Shown piece by piece: positions 55,557 to 64,000 of a stretch of DNA of 64,000 bases (within the stretch, counting starts at the first letter, position 1; every line of letters begins with the position of its first letter). This stretch comes from Eukaryota sp. TZLM1-RC (Eukaryota > Protista > Metamonada: BaSk clade). The notes beneath the pieces are model-generated. The model was not told the origin of the DNA and did no database searches. It saw nothing but the letters and a program-made list of their open reading frames with translations. The position numbers and the translations under genes are program-made. The stretch lies in contig JAUPSS010000002.1 of assembly GCA_040285825.1 (NCBI GenBank), positions 3,658,001 through 3,722,000 on the forward strand, written 5' to 3'.

Positions 55557-58500
55557 ATACGTATTGGATCACCTTTGGGTGGTTCCAATGACAACTCCGA
55601 GACTGTTAGGACTGATCCTCCTACGTCTCACTCTTCGAGTTCTTCCTCCCGAACTCCTCAGTCGGGACCAGAACAACCCTTGTCAACTGGGCCCGAGGGA
55701 AGCAATGCTTCTCCTCCTCCTGTGTTAACTCCTCCCTCCGGAGATCCTGTTACACAACCCAATGTTACAAGTTCTTCCTCCCAAACTCCTCAGTTGGGAA
55801 CAGAACAACCCTCTGGCGGCGAGAGAAGTGATACTTCCTCTCAACCCTCGGGTCAAGGTTCCACTCCATCTACGGATGACGTTCCTGTGGTTCCTATCAG
55901 TCTTCCTGTTCCTCCCTCTAATGTGGAAAACTTTGTACCTCTTTCTCCTCCCCCTGGTTCTGAAGGAGAGGTTGAAGATTCCCTTTTAGGTCCTGAACAG
56001 TTCAGTACTTTAGATGAATATCTGAAGTATGTCATCAACCAGACTGACCCTGACTCGGCTAGCAACAAGATATCTGAGCTGTTGAAGCTCAAGAGGGTAG
56101 AGCCTCCCTCTTCACCTATTGTTTGCGCTCCTGTTGCCCCTTCCACTTCTTCTACGGAAGCTCCTGGGGAAGGACAACAAGTTCTTTCTACTTCTTCTAC
56201 GGAAGCTCCTGGGGAAGGACAACAAGCTCCTTCCATTCCTTCTAGAGAAGTACCTATGGAAAGCAGCCCTCCACAACAACCAGCTCCTCCTGCAGTCCCT
56301 GCTGGTAGCCCAAATCCTACTACTCCTTCTCAAGAAGTTCCTGTAGCAGGCCTTCCTGATACTTCTGCTCCTACTACGGTAGCTCCTACAGAAGTCCATT
56401 CAACTCCATCTGTTCCTCCTTCGGGAGTTTCTACTAGAGGAGTAATTCATGTCCCTGCAACCTCTGGCCAGACTCCTCAGCAAGGTCACGTTGTTTCTTC
56501 TATTCCTGCTGCTTGGCAGGTGCTTAGTGCTGCACAGCCTAACACTTATCAAGCCCCAAGCCAGCCCCAGGAATCAGATTCTCCTTTCATCTCTACCCAA
56601 CAGAGAACTGAAGCTCAAAACTTAGTTCTCAATGCTGGTATTGAGTTAATGCTAGGAGATCCTGCATCGATTCCTCCCAATGAACTCATTGCTGCTTTAC
56701 CCCCATTTTGGGGTCCAGAAGTGGTTAATGATCACGGCTTTAGGATCCGCAGAAGAATAGGTCCCTACTTCCCAACGGAAGAAGTAGACAATCTTACGGT
56801 TCGTTGTGACCCTCCTCCAATTTATCCTCAACGGGATACTGTTGGAGGGTTCAGAACTCCTCGTGAAGGTGTACAGAGGATCTTCGCTGGTGATGAGCTG
56901 AATCTCTTCCTCAACCGATGTAACCCATGTCCTTTCCCCAGGTTTAGCCCTGGATACAATGCCTCTCTTGATATTTATATCAATAGAGACTTCAGGACTG
57001 GATGGTGGTACACTTACACTACGAACTACCAAAGATTGTACCTTCAAGACCGCAGACCAGACCATTGCGCGTCATATTTTGGTCCAGAACATAGAAGGAA
57101 TAGGCCACTAAGGGACGCCCTGATGAATGTACAGGAGAACATTGGTGTCACCAATTCTAGTTCTCTTCTGTGGGTCAATGTTGATGGTAATGTGCAAAGT
57201 TACTATCCGAGTGATCATGACCCAGTAGAATTGAGAACTTCTGAGCCTGACCCAGTTGAGACAGACACAGTTTTCTCATCTTTGAGCATTGAGCCTCAAG
57301 ATGACCAACAACAAGATGAGCCAATGGCGACTACTGACACTGTTGAGTCAGTGCAACAATCTGTAGTTGTCCAATCTCAGGATCCATCAACTCCTTCCCA
57401 GGTTCCTCAGGACCCTAGGCTCCTAGGAGTAACTCCTTCTAACACTCCCATAGCTCCCCAGTATTCCAACACCCTACTGATGGAAGCTATGGCGAGTTCA
57501 CAAGATAGAGATAGAGATAGACAAAGAGGTGGTCGTCCTAGAAAACCCACCCTGGAAGCCAACGATATCTCTGACCCAGTAAGGATCTTGAAATTCATCG
57601 ACAGATTTATTCTGTATGCTAGGACTGAGAGGACCATTGAAGAGAGAGACATCAATGAATCTGATCCTACTCAAGTCAGACTAGCAAGAGAAGTGTCTGA
57701 ATTAAGAAGGCAACTTGAGGAACGTTCTCGTCCTCCTGCCACTCCTCAATCCATAAGCAGAGAAAACCGGAACCTCCCTCTCGATCAGAGATATGGTAAC
57801 CCCCTCCACGAGTGGGACCGATTCAGAGCTGCTGCTCAAGTCGACCCTCGCAGGATCGCCTCCTGTGTTACTCCAGAATGCTTGGCCGCTCTGAGAGCTC
57901 AAGGCAGGTTTTCGTCCATGTCTGATAGTATCTCAGCTATCGACAACATCAATGAGGAGCAAATTTGGGAATCGATTTTACACCTCAGCCAGTATAGTAC
58001 ATTAGAAACGGCGAGGAATCAGTTATATAGAGTCCAGATGAATTGGAATATTTAGGACTTTAGGAATCGCTGGGGCGACTTCACAGTGAGGCTAATGAGA
58101 ACGGTTTCACGAAGTACTGCCATTTCTGACGTCAGGGCAAGCGACCGTGCCTTGTATGGTCAACACTTTCTACAGCGTATTCAAAACTGGGAAATTGCAA
58201 CCCATATGATCGATTCTGTTGGTATTCAGGCCATCAGTGACAACCTGAGAACAGTATGGTCCACACCCAATGTTTGGCAACACCATACATTACAACAATT
58301 TGTCGACATCCTTGCTGCTGAATACATGAGTTGGTGTTCAGCAAGATCCTATGACGAGCAAAGGGCCAACATCAGTGACAGCTATCAACAACATATGGGT
58401 CACTACGTTAGAGCAAACCCAAAGGACAAGAAAAGAATAGGCAAATTTAAGCCTGCGGGTTCCAGCGTCGCCCCTGCTCAACTTACCAAAAGGAGCAAGT

Positions 58501-59675
58501 CGCAAATTAAGAAAGAAAGAGATAAAGCTGGTCTCTGTAGATTCTGTGGTCTTCCAGGCCACTCCATTAACGAATGTCCCGACCCTGATTGCCAGCGATC
58601 CAAGCAATGGCGAGAAGCCAACCCAGATGCCGTTCGAGCATATTTGGCTAGGGGTAGTAGTAATAGTAGTAGTAGAGGCAGAGGTAGACGTAGAGGAAGA
58701 GGCAAGGGCCCTTCTAGTAGTAATAAACGTTCCCATAAATATTCTATGTTTACTATAGAGCAAGATAGCTCTCCAACAGGTAATACATCAAAGCAACGTT
58801 CAAACAAATGTTCCTTGTTTACTATAGAGCAAGACAGCTCTCCAGCACGTAAAACACCAAACATAAAACAAACCTCAGTCTCCAACCAGTGGATTAAGTG
58901 CTTAACTAATCCTTTGACTACCCAGAATTTTAAAACAGCTACAACGATAGAAACACCAAATAAACCCTGTTTCATTCATGAGTTCGACTCGAACCCAGAC
59001 TCAGAGTCCCACAGTGATATCTTCATGGTTCGCACCTCAGATGTCGCACGCAAAAATTTAAAATTGAAATTTTCAATAAATAACTGCGAAATAGAAGGGA
59101 TCATCGACTCTGGAGCTTCGATATCAGTCATCACTGTTGATCTAGCAGAGAGATGCAACATGGTAAAGACTAACCATTGCATAAACTTTAAGTCTGCAAA
59201 CAACATCATGTCGAAGTCTTTAGGATCAGCAGAAGGCACACTGAGCTTCAGACTCGGTAGTGTAACCCAATTAGTTCATGTGAAACATAGCTTGGCCATC
59301 ATTCCTGGCAACAATATGTTACTAATTGGTAGAGACCTGCTGCATCACCTAGGCTTATTGAACGATGAAGGCCTCTTCATCAAGATGGATGAGGAACATC
59401 GTACATTACTTCTGCCTGAGGCTGAATTCGACCATCGAATCTCCCAAGTCTCAGATGTCGTCAACGTCCCCAGACGTTGGTTGGAGCACATACAGTCTTC
59501 TGGTTGTACTATTAACCTCGACTGTGACAACGACAAGAAGACCTTACTTCTAACCTTGAAAGAGTTCGAAGAGACATTCACCCTTAAGCCGCATGCTGAT
59601 GGGATTGACTGTCCTCCAATGGAGATCAACTTTCACGATGAAAGTATTCGAGTCAGACGACCCCTCGTAGGTTAA
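55533..59675 (+). CDS. gag: Gag-protease region (in-frame TAG at 58053-58055)
   Basis: ORFs 55533-58055 and 58086-59675 are in one frame separated by a single TAG. Contains the CRFCGLPGHSINEC knuckle and IIDSGASIS...LLIGRDLL aspartic protease. Confidence 0.85.
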
Positions 59676-62631
59676 ACCCCGAGAAACAGAAAGTCGCCGA
59701 ACAGATCTTCGATGAACTCGTCGAGTCTGGATTTGCTGTACCATCGAACCATGAGTTCAGCTCTCCAGTATGTCTTGTGGTATACCCTGATCATCGTAAG
59801 CCTCGTCTTACTGGTGATTACAGCGGCAAGGACGGAGTCAACGCCAACACTATTCCCGTTGAACCTAATCTCCCCAGAATATCCGATGTGCTAGTCTTCC
59901 TTTCAGAAGCCAATTTCATCGGTACCCTTGACCTCCCCAAAGCCTTTTGGCAACTAAAAATTGCAGAAAAGGACTGGGAGAAGACTGCCTTAAGCATCCC
60001 TGGCAAAAGCATCATGTTTAAACGTGCTGCTTTCGGCCTCAAGAACGTTCCTGCAGTTTTCCAGAACGTTATGGCAGACATCTTCTCCGGAGACGGTGTA
60101 TTCATCTATATAGATGACATCATTATAGTAGGTAGAACTTTCAACGAGTTCCTCGGACGTCTAAGACGTGTCCTCGAGAAGGCTCGAACCCGTAGAGTTA
60201 GCCTTGGACTGCCCAAGTGCCATTTTGTGTCCTCTAGACACCCAATAAAAGATCCTTGGTAGCAGATTCCAACACAAAACCAGGACCATTGATCCTACAC
60301 GCACAGAGTCTTTACTGAATCTTCCCAGACCTAAGACTGTGAAAGACGCCCGTAGCCTTATCGGCTCAGTCAACTTCATTAGGGAATGGCTTCCCCAGGT
60401 AACCAAGCATGTTGCCCCGATCATCAAACTAACACACGGCAAACCACGTCGCCTGCAGTGGAAAGACACTCACGACCACCATTTAGCCGAAATCAAACGC
60501 CTGATCGCGGAGCATATGCCTCTAAACTTACCTCCGGTGGATAACCAAGTACTAATTAGTTGCGATGCCTCTGATATAGCAGTTGGCGGCGTGATTTGGG
60601 AACAATTAGAACCCACTAAGGACCCTGGTACTTCCTTACTCAATAGGAAATGTAGACCAATCAGCTTCTTCAGCAGATTGTTGACTAACTCCCAGCAGAA
60701 CTGGCCCACGGTACAGAAAGAGCTTTACGCTATCCTTCTCATGCTTACCGAAAGTGGCTTCGAGAACTACCTCAAAGGAAGGCGCCTGATCATTTTCACA
60801 GATCACCAAAACCTTACTTACATGCTCACCGCTCCGAACAAAAACAGAATAGTCAGAAGGTGGCTTCCCATCTTTTCTGAGTTCCTATTCGACATAGTTC
60901 ATACAAAGGGGAAGAGAACCATTGGGCAGACATGCTATCTAGGATAGTACCGCCCCAAGACAATCATACCATCAACCATCTGGTACATTCTAATGACCAA
61001 GAGTTTCACCCTATCTACTACACAAATAGGATTGACGAAACTGAGTCAGAGAGATGCTTCGTTGAAGATCTCCATACATTTGAGAAGGTGCTCATCCTTC
61101 AAGACAGATGCTCCAATGACCTTCCACTCTTCGAGCCATGGCTCTGCAAGATCAGGTCCGAACAAAAGCGAGCCCTCGCTAACCAGGACACCTCATTTAA
61201 CAACTGTACTTTGGATAGTCGTCTAGATCTTTATCTGACTCCAGAGCACAAGATCGTGATTCCTCAATCACTGGTTAAGGATACGCTTAACCTTCTACAT
61301 GGACTCCCGCAAGGTGGCCACCCCAGTAAGGCAGAAAGTCTCCTCAGACTCAAGAACAGCGACTACTGGTGGCCTAACATGCTTTCAGACATGACCAAGC
61401 ACGTCCAAGAATGCCCCTCCTGTCAGAAGACAGCAGCAGTCCCCAAACTGCATGTCCCTACAACTGGTTCCTTGTGGGCTGACAGACCATTCGCAAGAGT
61501 TAACGTCGACGTCATTGGTCCTCTTCCTGAAGATCAAGACGGCCACAGATACATTCTTGTATTTGTGGATAGCTTCACGAGGTTCACTATCATAGTCCCC
61601 TCAAAGAACTCAACGCCAACCTTACCGCTGACGCTCTCATATGGAAGGTATGCGCGATATTCGGGATCCCGTTCATAGTTCATAGTGACAACGGTCCTGA
61701 GTTCTCTAAAGCTGTCTTCGACGCTCTATGTGAGTTTTTGGGCACAGAGGTCTCAAAGTCCGTCCCTCACTTCTCTCAGTCCAACGGTTTAGTCGAACGC
61801 CGTCACCGTGACATTTTGCAGAATTTGAGGAAGCTGCTCGTAGATTTTAACGCCTACGACGCATGGTCAGAGTACATACCCTATGTACAATTGTTAATCA
61901 ACTCATCCAAGAGTTCGATTACAGGTTACTCACCATACGAGCTCATGTTTGGTTCAGATTTTAGCCCAAGAGCTGACCCCGGCAAAATCATAGAGACCCT
62001 CGAAAGCTCAACGTCTGAATCAACCTACATCAACAACATTCAATCCAAATTTGCCAGATTGAAGAAGAAACAGGAGGAAGCAGAGCTCCGTCAAGCTTCC
62101 AAGGCTCCTCCTCGTGATTCCCAAATCGAAGCCAACCCTTTCTCTCCTGGCCAATTGGTAAAACGAGCTTCGTCTTCCACTGCTAAGTTACATGGTAACT
62201 ACAAAGGACCATTCTTAGTTATCGACACACCCTCTACCTCCACAGCTGACATCAAGAACCTGTGTACTGGTATGGTTGTTAAAGCCAGTGTGAAGCACCT
62301 CCAACCTTGGCATTCCAGTTTACCAGTAGATGATGAATTTCACTCCTGGGTTGCTGCTGGCGATGCAGAAGAGCACGTGATCCAGAAAGTCCTCAGTCAG
62401 GATGGTGATTACTGTCAAGTCCAATGGCCTGGCAATCATATTACCACTGAGCTGGTTTCGACTGTTCAAAACACCTCTGCCTATAAAGAATTCTCCAAGT
62501 CTGTTTCTAATACTCGCTCTCGTCCTTCACGCCGTAAACGTCGTTCTGTTAATATTAACAATAATGTTAATCCAACTCCTATCAGGCCTCGACGCTCGAA
62601 AAGAAGAAAGGGCAGTGTTAGCCTTGGATAA
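59660..62631 (+). CDS. pol: Pol: RT, RNase H, integrase, chromodomain-like (broken by 1-nt indels)
   Basis: LDLPKAFWQ, FGLKNVPAVFQ, YIDD; CDASD, QKELYAI, FTDHQNL; H..GH...CPSCQ, VDVIGP, SDNGPEF, SNGLVERR, GPF; EEHVIQKVL...QVQWPG chromodomain-like. Confidence 0.9.
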
Positions 62632-62771
62632 TATTTATAATAGTTTATTTATAGTTTACTAATAGTATTTGTATTTATTGCGCCTATGCGCTTAAGTTTA
62701 GGGAAATCCTTATTTCCCTGTAATAAATTACATTTAAGGTATACTCAATGTCTAACCCCCACAGATCATCA
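62616..62771 (+). repeat. 3' LTR (156 bp)
   Basis: Identical to the 5' LTR; preceded by the purine tract GAAAAGAAGAAAGGGCAG. Confidence 0.97.
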
Positions 62772-63000
62772 AAAGTTGCTATCCTTGTACGCTGAATCAC
62801 ATACTCACTAAGTCCGTTGTCCATTTGCTTTTCCCTACATGGCACGCTTACACCGCTTACTTTGTCTTTTTTGGATGATTTTGTTGAAATTGTGAAACAA
62901 TATACAATAAGAATTTGTTGACAAAATGTTTTGGCAGAACAGAATTGTGTTTTCAATTTTCAAGTCTTGTCCCCATATTATCTTTTGCATTACTATTACT
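62772..63000 (+). mobile_element. RLE non-LTR remnant (family 1) split by the gypsy insertion; its other part lies at ~55300-55400
   Basis: ENTKNDKYKAK before the 5' LTR continues after the 3' LTR as LLSL...CPFAF...FLDDFVEIVK...FWQNRIVFSIFK. Confidence 0.8.
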
Positions 63001-63131
63001 TGATGAACAAGTTTTTGCTGGCTCAGAACCAACAACTTATTTTCAATTATAGGATTGTATTTTGATAAATTTTCACACAATTTAAAACTGCCAAAAATTC
63101 CTCCCACATCCACTTAACAACAACATCTTGA

Positions 63132-63662
63132 ATGTTTGGATCCCTTTCCCAAAGAACTCCTGTACGTCGCTCTACTACACAGACTATTGGCTACCTTCGC
63201 CTTCAGAAAGATGTTGGTGAATTAGACCAACTGGATTGTAAGGATGTTACTTGGGATTGGCCGGATGCCAAGAACAAACCCATGGAGTTCAATGTCACTA
63301 TTTCTCCTCGCAACGGTATCTTCGCTGGTGGAGTCTTTCCCTTCTCCTTCAAAGTTTCAAGCGACTATCCCCACAAAGCACCTGAAGTTCGTTGTTTGCG
63401 GAAGATTTACCATCCCAATATTGACTTGGAAGGTCACGTCTGTCTCAACATCTTGCGTGAGGATTACAGACCAGTGTTAACCATAACCTCTATCATCCAT
63501 GGACTACGTTTCCTCTTCACTGAACCCAATCCCAACGACCCCCTCAATAGGGATGCTGCTGAGGATATGGTGCGCAGTATGGACTCGTTTAAGAACAATG
63601 TTAAACGTTCCATGCGTGGGGAGAGAGTTGGTAACGAGCGTTTTGATAGAGTTTTGCAGTAA
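63132..63662 (+). CDS. UBC12: NEDD8-conjugating E2 enzyme
   Basis: LRLQKDVGEL, YPHKAPEV, IYHPNIDLEGHVCLNILRED, FLFTEPNPNDPLNRDAAE, NVKRSMRG...FDRVL: UBC12/UBE2M signature. Confidence 0.93.
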   Translation: MFGSLSQRTPVRRSTTQTIGYLRLQKDVGELDQLDCKDVTWDWPDAKNKPMEFNVTISPRNGIFAGGVFPFSFKVSSDYPHKAPEVRCLRKIYHPNIDLEGHVCLNILREDYRPVLTITSIIHGLRFLFTEPNPNDPLNRDAAEDMVRSMDSFKNNVKRSMRGERVGNERFDRVLQ

Positions 63663-64000
63663 AGTTTATGTAATTTTTAGGTTTTGATCGGTGTTTCTTG
63701 TGTTTTGTAGCTATTGGCAGCAGGTAGTAGTAAACTATCTTTTCCAGTTTCAATGTTCTGTTTCTAACCCATATTCCCTTTTACACTCAGTGCATCCTTG
63801 TTGTTTATGAGGTTTTGATTTATCAGAAGAGTAATTTGCTAGGTATTATTTTTTTAAAAAAAACTGGAATATTTATTGAGATAAAAAAACCCATCTAGAA
63901 ATCAATATCCTCCAAACAAGCGTCACTATTACTGAACCTACTCACAGCATTACGTTCATATTCTACACCAATAGCTAAAAGTGCCTTTGAAATCATTGTA

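Larger units (their letters stand above)
55401..62771 (+). mobile_element. Full-length Ty3/gypsy chromovirus-like LTR retrotransposon
   Basis: Identical 156-bp TG...CA LTRs, 4-bp TSD AAAG (55397-55400 and 62772-62775), PPT at 62598-62615; domain order Gag-CCHC-PR-RT-RH-IN-chromo. Confidence 0.97.

Noticed and set aside
55565-55580. TGGATCACC as a tRNA primer-binding site
   Set aside because: It starts 8 nt from the LTR end and does not match a tRNA 3' end I recognise; not fully excluded without the host tRNA set.
58053-58055. Stop-codon reassignment (alternative genetic code)
   Set aside because: TAG terminates IFT88 and GCN1 at their expected C-termini, TAA and TGA end other genes, and long host ORFs have no internal stops.
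59650-61620. Programmed ribosomal frameshifts in pol
   Set aside because: Four shifts at the start of or within RT, RNase H and integrase, all in homopolymer runs, fit sequencing error or decay rather than recoding.

Overview
AT-rich, gene-dense eukaryotic DNA from a flagellated protist. It uses the standard code (TAA, TAG and TGA all end host genes), has very short UTRs and few, tiny introns; a metamonad-like host is plausible but cannot be proven from this window. Host genes are IFT88, an AIR1/ZCCHC7-like knuckle protein, a TRA2-like RRM protein, GCN1, two NYN(LabA/DUF88)-OST-HTH paralogs, an Arc1/AIMP1-like tRNA-binding protein, a COG1/Vps51-like protein, a PUF+CCCH protein, UBC12 and several hypothetical genes. 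Almost all intergenic space is mobile DNA: many RLE-type (CRE/SLACS-like) non-LTR retrotransposon copies from about 3 families (one near full length), a young Ty3/gypsy chromovirus with identical 156-bp LTRs and a 4-bp TSD, an IS630/Tc1-like transposase fragment, and at least six Fanzor (eukaryotic TnpB-like) loci. The most striking feature is a Fanzor1 family with two complementary copies (37.3-38.7 kb and 52.5-54.5 kb). In the second copy the Fanzor N-terminus is fused in frame to a family-B DNA-polymerase-type 3'-5' exonuclease domain. The RuvC-III Asp is Asn in both copies. The conserved 3' end (putative omegaRNA scaffold) sits 40-85 bp upstream of host start codons, so the putative guides are host promoter sequence. 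All assignments come from motif recognition by eye; no searches were run.
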